From NCBI GenBank assembly GCA_963794325.1, contig CAWCDG010000004.1:1888001-1952000 (forward strand): a stretch of 64,000 nucleotides of DNA, given 5' to 3'. Made by a program: the position numbers and the translations under genes. The notes beneath the pieces are model-generated. The model was not told the DNA's origin and made no database searches. It saw only the letters and a program-made list of their open reading frames with translations. The DNA is from an uncultured delta proteobacterium (lineage in GTDB: Bacteria > Desulfobacterota > Binatia > Binatales > Binataceae). Positions 40,186 to 50,605 of this stretch are shown here, piece by piece (the first letter of the stretch is position 1; the number at the start of each line of letters is the position of its first letter).

Positions 40186-40675
40186 GTGCGGCAAGCTCGT
40201 CGATAAGTTTGAGGGTGCTTTCTTCGGTGAGATTTTCGACGAAGGCATCCTGATTGAGCTGGAGCATCGGCGCGGTCCCGCACGATGCGAGGCATTCGAC
40301 CGAGCCGAGAGTGAACTTACCGTCGGGCGTGGTCTCGCCCATCTCGATTTTCAATTTGCGCCGGATGCAGTCCACGATTTTGTCGGCACCACGCAGCCGA
40401 CACGAAAGATTTGTGCAAACGTCGAGCAGGTAGCGGCCGACCGGCTTGCGATGGAACATCGTGTAGAACGAGACCACCGCGCGCACGTGTGCGGGCGGCA
40501 ATTCCATCAGGCGCGCGACGTAATCCTGGGTCGCGTCGCTCAGCCATCCGAATTCGCGCTGCGCGATCCACAGGGTCGGGAGCAGCGCGGCCTGGCGCGT
40601 CGGATAGCGGCCGAGCAGTTGGCGGTACTCGTCGAGCGCTGCGTCGGAAAACCTGGGTTGATCGTTCTCGGGCAT
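40175..40675 (-). CDS. nuoE: NADH-quinone oxidoreductase subunit E ([2Fe-2S])
   Basis: VVSFYTMF, VCTNLSC, ECLASCGTAPM. Confidence 0.93.
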   Translation of the reverse strand: MPENDQPRFSDAALDEYRQLLGRYPTRQAALLPTLWIAQREFGWLSDATQDYVARLMELPPAHVRAVVSFYTMFHRKPVGRYLLDVCTNLSCRLRGADKIVDCIRRKLKIEMGETTPDGKFTLGSVECLASCGTAPMLQLNQDAFVENLTEESTLKLIDELAARDN

Positions 40676-40919
40676 GGCAGAAGTATTACAGGGCCTTCAA
40701 CGTCAGAGTTCTGGAGTTCGGGAATTCTAATGATTGGTAGCGAAAATTTCGTCAATCCGCCAGAGGCACGAGAGTCATATAGCGGTTCGCGAACTTGCGA
40801 GGCCGGCTAGAAGGGGTTATCTATCGTCCGCGAGTTCGAGGCAAGAGGGCTTGAGCGGTTCGGATCGAAAAGCGGCGCTGGTTGATTCGAGCTATATGCA
40901 TCTCGAAAATACTTACGCG

Positions 40920-41501
40920 ATGCGAATTATTGCGGGACACGCTCACGGCAGACGGCTCAAGGCGCCGCGCGGTTTGCATACGCGGCCGACGTCGGCGCGG
41001 GCGCGCGAGTCGATATTTTCGCGGCTCGCGGTGCGGATGGATCTCGAGGGGGTGCGGGTGCTCGACATTTTCGCCGGCAGCGGTTCGCTTGGAATCGAGT
41101 CGCTTTCGCGCGGTGCCGCGCACGTGACGTTTGTGGATTCGTCACGCGAAGCGGCGACGGCGATTCGCGCCAATCTTGCACAGCTCGAACTCTCCGATCG
41201 GGCGAGACTGGTCGTGTCCGATGTGCATCGCGCGCTGGGCGAACTCAGACGCTCGCGCGATTCTTTCGGTCTGGTTTTCGTTGACGCGCCGTTCAAGAAC
41301 GACATTAGTGCTGACGTTCTTGCGGAGCTTGGTGAATTCAATCTCGTCGCACCCGGCGGATGGGTGGTAGTCGAACAATCGAAGCGCGCACCCGCGGCGC
41401 CGCCCGCTCCTGAAGCCCACGAGCGCGTGTTGGTTGCAACCCTCGGCGATCATCGGATCGCCTTTTACCGGCGACCGAATTCGGCGCCGAGTGCAGATTG
41501 A
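40920..41501 (+). CDS. rsmD: 16S rRNA m2G966 methyltransferase
   Basis: MRIIAG...RPT...RESIF, LDIFAGSGSLGIESLSRGA; directly upstream of coaD. Confidence 0.92.
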   Translation: MRIIAGHAHGRRLKAPRGLHTRPTSARARESIFSRLAVRMDLEGVRVLDIFAGSGSLGIESLSRGAAHVTFVDSSREAATAIRANLAQLELSDRARLVVSDVHRALGELRRSRDSFGLVFVDAPFKNDISADVLAELGEFNLVAPGGWVVVEQSKRAPAAPPAPEAHERVLVATLGDHRIAFYRRPNSAPSAD

Positions 41502-41514
41502 CGGTTTCAATAGA

Positions 41515-42027
41515 ATGACAAAAGGCAAAGAGCGCACCCCTTTGATCGCGGTTTACCCGGGCAGCTTCGACCCGATTCATAACGGGCACGTCGACGTAAT
41601 CCGGCGCAGCGTGGCGATTTTCGACGAGGTGATCGTCGCGGTCACGTACAATCCGCACAAGGATGCGGCGCTGTTTTCGGGCGACGAGCGCGTCGAGATA
41701 ATTCGCGAGGTGATCCGCGACCTCGAGCCGCGCGCGCGGGTGGACAAGTTCAGCGGGCTGTCGGTCGATTACGCGGAACGAATCGGTGCCAAGGTTTTGA
41801 TCCGATCGCTGCGAGCAGTGACGGATTTTGATTACGAACTGCAGATGGCGCAGATGAACAAAACGATGAGCCCGAATGTCGAGACGGTTTTTATGTTCTC
41901 GAATCCGCGGCTGTTCTTCAGCTCGTCGCACCTGATCAAGGAAGTCGCGGGGTACGGGAAGCGTCTGCCGGAACTGGTGCCGGAACTGGTGGCCGAGCGG
42001 CTGCGCGCAAAGCTGAAAGTCGGTTAG
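41515..42027 (+). CDS. coaD: Pantetheine-phosphate adenylyltransferase
   Basis: YPGSFDPIHNGH, DFDYELQMAQMN, SSSHLIKE. Confidence 0.95.
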   Translation: MTKGKERTPLIAVYPGSFDPIHNGHVDVIRRSVAIFDEVIVAVTYNPHKDAALFSGDERVEIIREVIRDLEPRARVDKFSGLSVDYAERIGAKVLIRSLRAVTDFDYELQMAQMNKTMSPNVETVFMFSNPRLFFSSSHLIKEVAGYGKRLPELVPELVAERLRAKLKVG

Positions 42028-42126
42028 GCGATTAGGACCGCGTCTCGCTCCGATATTTTTCCGATTCCCCTTCTCCTTGGGGAACGGGTCATGGGTTAGG
42101 TTGGCTCATCCATCGACGCTGTACTC

Positions 42127-44103
42127 TTACCTCCGCCGCACCCTGCGCCGGACGCCATGGCCCGGGGTCGGGATCTGACTGCCGACGATCGCATTGGTGA
42201 TGTCGAAGCATTGAGTATTGCCATCGGTATTGCCGAGTATCAGCGAAAAAGGTCCATCGCCCAAGGGCGTGGAATCGATGCCTGCGATCTCCAGGTTGAG
42301 AGTCCACTCACCGCACGCCGGCGGCGCTGGCTTCGGCAGCTCGACCATCCGGGCAGATAAGGTGCCCGGCGGAAACGAACTGAACAGAGTTCCGTAGCTC
42401 TCACCGTTGATGGTGTGCATTACCCAGGGATGCAGAAAGTATTCCAAAGAAGCATGGTCATGGACCGCACAGGTTCCTGATTCAAAAACCACCATGAAGC
42501 CGTTGAATGCATCGGTGCCCGCGTCGCAGGTCGGGAAACCATTTTCCGTGAAGGTCAGCGCCGTGGTGATCTGATCCGCATACGGCTTGGACGAGCGGGC
42601 TATCTGCACCCGTTCATCGTTCAGCCCGAAGGCGGGCGGCGTCGGCGTCGCGGTCGGCGTCGCTGTGGCAGTTGCGGTTGCGGTCGCTGTGGCGGTTGCC
42701 GTCGGAGTCGCAGTCGCCGTGGCAGTAGCGGTGGCCGTGGCGGTAGCGGTGGCCGTGGCAGTTGCAGTGGCGGTCGCAGTCGCCGTTGCAGTCGGCGTGG
42801 GTCCCTGCAACTCGAACGCACCTATGTCGCAGTTCCCGCCGGCGCCATCTTCGGGATCGGGCCGAGGCTCGCCGCGCTGGTCGCAGGTCAGCTGGAGGGA
42901 CGACGAAGTTGTGCACGGGTTCAACGTTCCCGAAGGATAGGTGCACGCAGCGAACGGGATATAGTCGATAGCCGGGCTGAGGATCGGGGAAGTTTCGAGC
43001 GCGATAGTCTCGGTCGGCCCGCCGTTCATATGAAGTCCCGTGGGATCGAGACCGACGGCGCTGGTCGGTGTTACGACCATGTTGCCGTTGGTGCCGTTGG
43101 TGAAGCAGGTGCCGTCATCGGCGAGGTTGTAACCGCCGTCGGTGATGACTGTGCCGTTTGAGGCGCCGCAATTGCCGCCGGTGCTGCCCGCCAAAATGGT
43201 GCTCTTGAGACTATTGGGGCCAGGGCCACCCTCAATGTATATGGCGCCGCCGCTACTGCCGGCGCCGGGGGTGGCGTGGTTGCCCGAAAAAGTACTGCTG
43301 CCAACAATCACCGAGTCATCATACGAATAGATGGCACCGCCTCTGCCGACGCCGTCCGTACCGCCGCCGGTGGCCTGGTTGTCAGAAAACGTGCTGTTGG
43401 TGATGGTCATCGGCGAGCCGTCATAGATGGCGCCGCCTTGGCCTGCTCCGCCGCCGTTGGGGCCGGCGCCGCCGGTGGCCTGGTTACCCGAAAACGTGCT
43501 GTTGGTGACGGTCAACGGGAAGCCGCCCCAGATGGCGCCGCCCTGGGCGAAGCCGCCGAACATGCTGCCGGCGCCGCCGGTGGCCTGGTTGTCAGAAAAC
43601 GTGCAGTTGGTGACGCTTAGCTTGCCGAAGCTAGTAATGGCGCCGCCCATTACGGAGCCGCCGAAGGTGCCGACGCTGGCGCCGGTCATGCTTCCGTGGG
43701 CCAAGGTCAGGTTTTGCAGGTTGAGCACGGCGCTGAAGTTCACATCGAAAATTTGAAACGAGCTGGCGCCATCCACCGTTATGGCGTGTCCACTGCCATC
43801 GATCGTCAGACTCTCTGGTGATGTGTTCGCGATCACAGGCAGCAAGCTGCCCAGCGTGATCGTACCGCTGACGCTGAATACGATCGAGTCGGTGCCGGTC
43901 CCGCCTGTGCAGTTGGTCGAGCCCGACTGGTTTTTCCCGTTGGCGTTTGTGATCGCGTCGCGCAGATCGCAGGTACCGCCAACCCCCGGATCGCCAACTG
44001 TGTTGACCGTGATCGTCGCCGCCCGCAACACCCGCGGCATCGCGATCAACAAAGAGAACAACACAACTCCGCCAAGCGCCAAGCGCCACTTCCGATCCGC
44101 CAT
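42127..44103 (-). CDS. Secreted beta-helix protein (CSLREA-like start, GGAI/FxxN repeats, choice-of-anchor Q, TA linker)
   Basis: CDLRDAI, three TNxTFSxNQATGG repeats, NGGPTETIAL, DQRG.PRP, CDIGAFE. Confidence 0.85.
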   Translation of the reverse strand: MADRKWRLALGGVVLFSLLIAMPRVLRAATITVNTVGDPGVGGTCDLRDAITNANGKNQSGSTNCTGGTGTDSIVFSVSGTITLGSLLPVIANTSPESLTIDGSGHAITVDGASSFQIFDVNFSAVLNLQNLTLAHGSMTGASVGTFGGSVMGGAITSFGKLSVTNCTFSDNQATGGAGSMFGGFAQGGAIWGGFPLTVTNSTFSGNQATGGAGPNGGGAGQGGAIYDGSPMTITNSTFSDNQATGGGTDGVGRGGAIYSYDDSVIVGSSTFSGNHATPGAGSSGGAIYIEGGPGPNSLKSTILAGSTGGNCGASNGTVITDGGYNLADDGTCFTNGTNGNMVVTPTSAVGLDPTGLHMNGGPTETIALETSPILSPAIDYIPFAACTYPSGTLNPCTTSSSLQLTCDQRGEPRPDPEDGAGGNCDIGAFELQGPTPTATATATATATATATATATATATATATATPTATATATATATATATPTATPTPPAFGLNDERVQIARSSKPYADQITTALTFTENGFPTCDAGTDAFNGFMVVFESGTCAVHDHASLEYFLHPWVMHTINGESYGTLFSSFPPGTLSARMVELPKPAPPACGEWTLNLEIAGIDSTPLGDGPFSLILGNTDGNTQCFDITNAIVGSQIPTPGHGVRRRVRRR

Positions 44104-44369
44104 CGATCCCTCCCCAGCGGCGCTTTCGGCCGCGTCGGCAAGTCCTGACCGGCAGGCTGTCTCAGGAAAGCCGCGCTAACTGTCCCATCGCGTCAATGTA
44201 CTGTCAATAAAACGAGTGACGAAGCAACCAAACGCGCCAGAACGAAATGCCATCGACAGCCGGCGAGCAATCATTTGTGCCGCCGCCCCGCGCGGACAAC
44301 GATTGTCATCAGCTTTAGGACAAAGTTTCCCTTGCCTCACGCCATCTAGCGTGGCTATCTCCTAGACCA

Positions 44370-45569
44370 ATGTTGAAGCTCAATCGCAGAATCGCCGCAA
44401 TCAAACCGTCCGCTACGTTGGCTGCCGATGCGCGCGCCACTGAGATGAAGCTCGCGGGAATCGACGTGATCTCGCTGGCTGCCGGCGAGCCCGACTTTGA
44501 CACTCCCGAGCACATCAAGAAGGCGGCGGACAAAGCGCTCGCCGCGGGGCAAACGAAATACACGGCCGTCGGCGGGACCGCGGCGCTTAAGAATGCGATC
44601 AAGCTGAAGCTCAAGCGCGACAATAACCTCGACTACGAACCGGCCGAGATAATCGCGTCGGCAGGATGCAAGCAGGCCGAGGCCAACGTGATCAACGCGC
44701 TGTTCGACGAAGGCGACGAGGTGATCATCCCGACGCCGGCATGGGTGAGTTTTGCCGCGATGGTATCGCTGTCGGGCGCCGAGGCGAAGTTCGTGCCGTG
44801 CTCCGAAGCGTCGGGCTTTATGCTCGAGCCCGAGGCATTGCGCCGCGCGATCACGCCGCGCACCCGCGGCATCATGCTCAACTCGCCCTCGAATCCGACC
44901 GGCGCCGTGTACGGCCCCGAACAGCTCACCGCGATCGCGCGCGTGCTGGTCGATACCGACCTCTGGGTGATGTCCGACGACGTTTACGAGCACATCGCGT
45001 ACGGTGAGTTCGCGCCGCACTTGTTCCATATCGAGCCGCGGCTCAAGTCCCATGGCATCGTGTTCAATTCGTTGTCGAAAACTTACGCGATGACCGGATG
45101 GCGGATCGGATTTGCGGCCGGGCCGAAAGAAGCGATCGCAGCGGCCGGCCGCTTGCAGAGCCAGAACAGCGGCAACCCCAATTCGATCACGCAAGCCGCG
45201 GCAATCGAGGCGCTGACCGGACCGCAGGACGCACTCAAGCCGATGCTCGAGGCGTTTCGCGAGCGCAACGCGCTGGTGGTCGAGCGTGTGCGCCGCATCC
45301 CGGGCTTCAAGCTACCGAACGTGCCGCAGGGCGCGTTTTATGCGTTTCCAAATGTGTCGGAATTGATCGGCAGCCATTCTGGCGACAAGAAAATCACCGA
45401 CGGCGACACGCTCGCGGCGTTTCTGCTCGACGAGGCGCACGTCTCGCTGGTCGGCGGCAACGACTTCGGCGCGCCGAATCACGTCAGGCTGTCGTACGCC
45501 ACTTCGAAGAAGAATCTGAATGAGGCATTCGATCGCATCGAGCGCGCTGTCGCGAAGCTCAAGCGTTAG
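44370..45569 (+). CDS. PLP-dependent class I aminotransferase (aspartate aminotransferase-like)
   Basis: GEPDFDTP, NSPSNPTG, DDVYE, SKTYAMTGWRIG, GAFY. Confidence 0.93.
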   Translation: MLKLNRRIAAIKPSATLAADARATEMKLAGIDVISLAAGEPDFDTPEHIKKAADKALAAGQTKYTAVGGTAALKNAIKLKLKRDNNLDYEPAEIIASAGCKQAEANVINALFDEGDEVIIPTPAWVSFAAMVSLSGAEAKFVPCSEASGFMLEPEALRRAITPRTRGIMLNSPSNPTGAVYGPEQLTAIARVLVDTDLWVMSDDVYEHIAYGEFAPHLFHIEPRLKSHGIVFNSLSKTYAMTGWRIGFAAGPKEAIAAAGRLQSQNSGNPNSITQAAAIEALTGPQDALKPMLEAFRERNALVVERVRRIPGFKLPNVPQGAFYAFPNVSELIGSHSGDKKITDGDTLAAFLLDEAHVSLVGGNDFGAPNHVRLSYATSKKNLNEAFDRIERAVAKLKR

Positions 45570-45997
45570 CGCTTCCGCCACGGAGCGGGAAATTCTCCAG
45601 TCTCGAGCCAGTGCACGTAGTCGGTGAGAAGCTCCGCGTGATCGAAGGCGAGCGGAGCCGGCGGGTTGCGCGGATCGCAGAGCGCGGCGCTCTTGGCGTC
45701 GTCGGCGCCGCGCGGCGTCCCCGATGCGCGCGCGACATACACCACGGTGATCGTCTGCCCGCGCGGATCGCGATCGGGCCGCGAGTACACGCCCAGCAGG
45801 GCGCGGAGCTGAACCTCGAGCGAAATCTCCTCGCGCGCCTCGCGCACCGCCGCAGCTTCGACGGTCTCGCCGAAATCGACGAAGCCGCCGGGAATGGCCC
45901 ATCCCAGCGGAAAATTCTTGCGCTCGATCAAAACGATTTTGTCGCCAATCTCGGTAATTATATCGGCGGCTATCGGAGGACATTTCGGCCGTGGCAT
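45566..45997 (-). CDS. NUDIX hydrolase
   Basis: Nudix box GGFVDFGETVEAAAVREAREE, RDPR, LAFDH. Confidence 0.92.
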   Translation of the reverse strand: MPRPKCPPIAADIITEIGDKIVLIERKNFPLGWAIPGGFVDFGETVEAAAVREAREEISLEVQLRALLGVYSRPDRDPRGQTITVVYVARASGTPRGADDAKSAALCDPRNPPAPLAFDHAELLTDYVHWLETGEFPAPWRKR

Positions 45998-46095
45998 GAT
46001 GCGATTCTAACAGATCGTCCGCGCAGCGCAGCCTGCTGCCTCTCTGCGAGGTAGGATTGACAAGGGCGCGCGTGACACACAAAGTTTCAACACCT

Positions 46096-47118
46096 ATGCG
46101 AGTAGCTCGGCTTTACGATTTCGGTGACATCCGCGTCGAGGAAAGTGCGCGGCCGGTGGTTGGCGACGGCGATATTCTCGTTCGCGCGAGCGCGTGCGGC
46201 ATCTGCTCGGGCGACATCATGCCCTGGTACATCAAGCGCAAGGCGCCGCTGGTGCTTGGCCACGAGCCGGTGGGAGTCGTCGAGCAGGCGGGCGCACAGG
46301 TGCGCGGATTCAAAGCCGGCGACCGCGTGTTCGTGCACCATCATGCGCCATGCTTTCAATGCGCGGCGTGCCGGCGCGGCGAATACGTGCAATGCGCGAC
46401 CTGGCGCGCGACTAATATCGTGCCGGGCGGGATGGCGGAATATTTTCTGGTGAGCGCCGCGAATCAGCGCGATACGCTGCGTCTGCCCGACTCGATCGCC
46501 GATGCTGATGGCGTGCTGATCGAGCCGGCCGCCTGCGTCGTCAAGTCGCTCAAACGCGCAGGACTGAAGGCAGGCGAGTCAATTCTGATCATCGGACTGG
46601 GAATCATGGGCATGATGCACGTGAAGCTGGCGCGGAATCTCGGCGCCGGGACGATCATTGGCGCGGATCTATTTCACACGCGCGCCAAGCGTGCGATCGA
46701 GCTTGGTGCGGATCGCGGGATCGTTGTCGAAAGCGACAACCTGGTCGAGCAGGTGCGCGAAGTGACCAACGGCGCGATGGCTGACGTTGTGATCGTAGGA
46801 CCCGGCACCTCGAAGGCGATCGCGACCGGGATTGCGGCCGCAGGCAAGGGAGCCACGGTCGTGCAATTCACTGCGACGCCGCCCGAGGACGAGTTGCTGG
46901 TGAAGCCGCACGACTTGTACTTCAACGAAACGCGGCTCGTTCCGAGCTATTCATGTGGGCCGGATGAAACGCGCGAAGCGTTATCGCTGGTCGAGCGCGG
47001 GGTGATCAACGCCAAAGAACTGGTGACGCACCGGTTTCCGCTGGCGCAGATCACTGAAGCCTTTGCGACCGCGCAAAAGCCCGAATCACTGAAAGTGATA
47101 GTAACCTTCGCGCCTTGA
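46096..47118 (+). CDS. Zinc-dependent medium-chain alcohol dehydrogenase
   Basis: CGICSGD, LGHE, structural Zn CFQCAAC..C, GLGIMG. Confidence 0.9.
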   Translation: MRVARLYDFGDIRVEESARPVVGDGDILVRASACGICSGDIMPWYIKRKAPLVLGHEPVGVVEQAGAQVRGFKAGDRVFVHHHAPCFQCAACRRGEYVQCATWRATNIVPGGMAEYFLVSAANQRDTLRLPDSIADADGVLIEPAACVVKSLKRAGLKAGESILIIGLGIMGMMHVKLARNLGAGTIIGADLFHTRAKRAIELGADRGIVVESDNLVEQVREVTNGAMADVVIVGPGTSKAIATGIAAAGKGATVVQFTATPPEDELLVKPHDLYFNETRLVPSYSCGPDETREALSLVERGVINAKELVTHRFPLAQITEAFATAQKPESLKVIVTFAP

Positions 47119-47221
47119 ACTTTCCGCGATAGCTCTCGGCGAGAGATAATTCGCCGGGATCGTCAAACGGAAAAGGCAAAAGCCGGAACTGACTAATCAG
47201 TCCGGCAGTGAACAGATAGAC

Positions 47222-47256
47222 AAACGAGGGCGGCTGCCGAAGCAACCGCCCTCGTG
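47222..47256 (-). terminator. Terminator hairpin downstream of the lipoprotein gene
   Basis: ACGAGGGCGG-TTGC-TTCG-GCAG-CCGCCCTCGT followed by TT on the minus strand. Confidence 0.6.
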
Positions 47257-47276
47257 ACTATCAAACTCGTGCGAAA

Positions 47277-47696
47277 TTACGGAGTCGCAGGAGCCGGTGC
47301 TGGAGCCGCCGCGCCGCCACTGTCGCCACCTGCCGCGGGCGCCGCCTCGGGAGCTGCCTCAGCCGCCGCGTGATGATGATGAGTGTGGTAATGGACATGG
47401 CGGGGCGAGCTCATCGTCTTTGACGCGATCGCTTCCGCACGATCCGCAGCCGCCTTCGCATCGCTGGCCGCCTGCTCTACGCGGCTGGCCGCTGCCTGAG
47501 CCTGCGCCGCCGCTGCCGACGACTTCTGAGCCGCCGCATCAGCGCGTGCCGCTGCCTGGTCAGCCTGGTTCGCCGCGTTGACGGCGCGCTGTGCTGGATC
47601 CGGCTCGTTCGACGAACATCCGACGAACAACGAAAGGGCCAACACAGCCCCGGCAAGACCGATCAGTTTCGAAGATTTTCTCGTTAACCCTTCCAT
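47277..47696 (-). CDS. Alanine-zipper lipoprotein with His-rich and Ala/Pro tail
   Basis: RBS AGGAGG; lipobox FVGC; Ala heptads; HVHYHTHHHH. Confidence 0.8.
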   Translation of the reverse strand: MEGLTRKSSKLIGLAGAVLALSLFVGCSSNEPDPAQRAVNAANQADQAAARADAAAQKSSAAAAQAQAAASRVEQAASDAKAAADRAEAIASKTMSSPRHVHYHTHHHHAAAEAAPEAAPAAGGDSGGAAAPAPAPATP

Positions 47697-47992
47697 TTCA
47701 TCCTCCTAAGGATTGCGCAGGGGCTTTCACTAAGTGATTCAAGACCTCTGCATTAAGACCATCTTTTTGTCTCACAAACTCGAAGCCCTATGCAAGTGTT
47801 GGTCGCGTGAATTGTTATCTCAGGGACCATTGACCCGACTGGCTATTTGTACTTAGTGCATCGCGATAGCTGCTATGAGGACGCGATTAAAACTCACTAA
47901 CCGCCTGTCGAAAAAGTAATTTTCAACGCCGGTTCCGTCTCTCTTGTCTCCCCCAAAAGGGGGAGAGGTTATAGGTAAGAGGACAGTTTAAC

Positions 47993-48032
47993 GCAGGGTG
48001 CTGAAAAAAGCCTTGGTTTTTCAACACCCTGC
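47993..48032. mobile_element. Collapsed IS-end inverted repeat (IS5/IS1182-like footprint)
   Basis: GCAGGGTGCTGAAAAA / TTTTTCAACACCCTGC, 8 bp apart, followed by TAG. Confidence 0.45.
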
Positions 48033-48199
48033 TAGTGAACCAGTGATGTCGATTTCGTTTACGTCCACTCACAGTGGCTTATGCACTATCGTTTCCAACC
48101 TTCGCCCAGCTTCTCGCGCTCGGCAGAATTATGGGTAGCGACTCTCAACAGTTCTACACAGTTCTACAATAACTAAAAAACGACAACGACCATGACGAT

Positions 48200-49894
48200 T
48201 TAGAAATCGTCGCCGTAGTCATCCATGCCGCCCATGCCGCCCATTCCACCCATTCCTCCCATGCCACCCATACCGCCGCCCATTCCACCGCCGGGCATCG
48301 CAGGCATCGGAGAAGACTTCTTCGGTGCTTCGGCGACGGCGGCCTCGGTCGTCAGCATCATCGACGCGGCGCTGGATGCGTTCTCGAGGGCCGAACGCAC
48401 GACCTTGGCGGGATCGAGCACGCCGGCCTTGACGAGATCTTCGTAAACTTCGGTGGCGGCGTTGAAACCGAAATCACCCTTGCCTTCGAGCACCGCGTTG
48501 AGAACGATTTCCGGCTCGTGACCGGCGTTGCGCGCGATCTGCTTGAGCGGTTCCGACATCGCAGCGGCGACGATTCCAGCGCCGGCCTTCTGATCTTCGT
48601 TGAGGCGCATCGACTTCACCGCATCGATCGCGCGCACCAGCGCGACGCCGCCGCCCGGGACGATTCCTTCCTCGACCGCGGCGCGGAGTGCATGGACGGC
48701 GTCATCGACGCGCGCCTTTTTTTCTTTCAGCTCGACCTCGGTCGCCGCGCCGACCCTGATAACGGCGACGCCGCCGGTGAGCTTGGCGAGCCGCTCCTGC
48801 AACTTCTCGCGATCGTAGTCGGAGGTGGTCTCTTCGATCTGGCGGCGAATCAATTCGATTCGTCCCTGGATCTCGGCCTTCTTGCCGGCGCCGCCGATGA
48901 TGGTGGTGTTGTCTTTGTCGATCAGAACTTTTTTGGCTTTGCCGAGCGAGGCGATGTCGATGTTCTCGATCTTGGCGCCGAGTTCTTCCGCGATCAGAGT
49001 ACCGCCGGTCAGGATCGCCATGTCATTGAGCATTTCTTTGCGTCGATCGCCGAAGCCGGGCGCCTTGACCGCCGCGACTTTGATCGTGCCGCGCAGCTTG
49101 TTTACGACCAGCGCGGCGAGCGCCTCGCTCTCGACGTCCTCGGCGATAATCAGGAGCTGGCGACCGGTCTGCACGACGCTTTCGAGCAGCGGCAGGATTT
49201 CGCGCAGGTTCGACAGTTTCTTTTCGTGGAACAGGATCAGCGGCTCGTCGAGCTCGACCGTCAGCTTGTCGGGATTGGTCACGAAGTAGGGTGACAGGTA
49301 GCCGCGATCGAAGCGCATCCCCTCGACCAGGTCGAGCACGGTGTCCAGCCCGCGCGCCTCTTCGACGGTGATCACGCCTTCCTTGCCGACCTTGTCCATC
49401 GCGTCGGCAACGATTTTGCCGATTGATTTGTCGCCGTTGGCCGAAACCGTCGCGACCTGCTCGAGGCGGGCGTGCTCCTTCACCGGCCGCGACATTTCCT
49501 TGATTGCCGCGACCGCCTTGACCACCGCGGCCTCGATTCCGCGCCGCAGTTCCATCGCGGGGAATCCCGCGGCGAGCAGTTTGATCCCCTCGCGCACGAT
49601 TGCGCCCGCCAGCACCGTCGCGGTGGTGGTGCCGTCGCCGGCGACGTCGGAGGTTTTCTGCGCGACTTCGCGAATCAGCTTCGCGCCCATGTTCTCGAAG
49701 CGGTTTTCGAGTTCGATTTCCTTGACTACGGTCACGCCGTCTTTGGTGACGGTCGGTGCGCCGAAGCTCCGCTGGATCATGACGTTGCGGCCCTTTGGCC
49801 CGAGGGTTACGCGCGCGGCTTCCATCACCAGCGTCGCGCCCCTGACGATTCCGACTCGTGCTCTCTCGTGCAGCTCAACCGTTTTGGCTGGCAT
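48200..49894 (-). CDS. groEL: Chaperonin GroEL
   Basis: [35 protein letters not shown]-terminal repeats. Confidence 0.97.
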   Translation of the reverse strand: MPAKTVELHERARVGIVRGATLVMEAARVTLGPKGRNVMIQRSFGAPTVTKDGVTVVKEIELENRFENMGAKLIREVAQKTSDVAGDGTTTATVLAGAIVREGIKLLAAGFPAMELRRGIEAAVVKAVAAIKEMSRPVKEHARLEQVATVSANGDKSIGKIVADAMDKVGKEGVITVEEARGLDTVLDLVEGMRFDRGYLSPYFVTNPDKLTVELDEPLILFHEKKLSNLREILPLLESVVQTGRQLLIIAEDVESEALAALVVNKLRGTIKVAAVKAPGFGDRRKEMLNDMAILTGGTLIAEELGAKIENIDIASLGKAKKVLIDKDNTTIIGGAGKKAEIQGRIELIRRQIEETTSDYDREKLQERLAKLTGGVAVIRVGAATEVELKEKKARVDDAVHALRAAVEEGIVPGGGVALVRAIDAVKSMRLNEDQKAGAGIVAAAMSEPLKQIARNAGHEPEIVLNAVLEGKGDFGFNAATEVYEDLVKAGVLDPAKVVRSALENASSAASMMLTTEAAVAEAPKKSSPMPAMPGGGMGGGMGGMGGMGGMGGMGGMDDYGDDF

Positions 49895-50069
49895 ATAAAT
49901 CTCTCCCAGTATTGCTAGCTCGTCCTGAATTCAGTTCCGGGCAAACCACCACCTCGGCGGTTTGGGGACCGCTATGAATCTAAACATCGAATCGAGCGAT
50001 GCAAGTGGAGCGGTTCGTATTGCGCGTACAAGTGGCCAAGACTGCGAGATTTGGGTAGAGGATTGAGCG

Positions 50070-50495
50070 ATGGAAATTGAATCGGCACGCCAGGCGCTAT
50101 CGCCTCGAATCGGGCGCGGTCGCAGCGCAGCACCAACATGGCCGTCGCCTGTCTTTATTGCGATCACATTGATTTTCATGGTTGCAGGTTGCGCGACTCG
50201 TGAGGTGCCATTTCATACGGAAGGAACCCAAGGCCAGGTGGGCCGTCCGATGCATGCGGGGATTTTTCTCGACGAAAAAGCCGCCGGATGCGGCGGTCCT
50301 GCTGCTGGTTCGGCGCTGGTTGCCGCCAGCAGCCTTCCTCCGGGGATTCGGCAAAGCGGGCGAAATGATTGGTTGTTCGAGGGAACGCCAACGAAAGCCG
50401 GGCACTGGACGACGCAGGTTACGTTGATCGATCTGGTGTGCAGCGGTTCCCGTCCTGATCAGACGATGCCGGTAGAGTTCAATATTTCTCCATAG
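50070..50495 (+). CDS. Hypothetical lipoprotein with putative Ig-like domain (start uncertain)
   Basis: Lipobox VAGC; LPPGI...EGTPTKAG pattern resembling He_PIG Ig domains. Confidence 0.55.
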   Translation: MEIESARQALSPRIGRGRSAAPTWPSPVFIAITLIFMVAGCATREVPFHTEGTQGQVGRPMHAGIFLDEKAAGCGGPAAGSALVAASSLPPGIRQSGRNDWLFEGTPTKAGHWTTQVTLIDLVCSGSRPDQTMPVEFNISP

Positions 50496-50605
50496 GCGCC
50501 AGACGCCGGCGAGCGAGCATCAAAGGGAAGCGGCTTTATGAAATTCGCGGAGCGTGCAAGGATGATTGTATTGGGTAGCGCGACTTCCGGCGGAGGCTGT
50601 TCAAC

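Noticed and set aside
48215-48300. Tandem 9-bp repeats at the end of groEL
   Set aside because: This is the ordinary GGM tail of GroEL.
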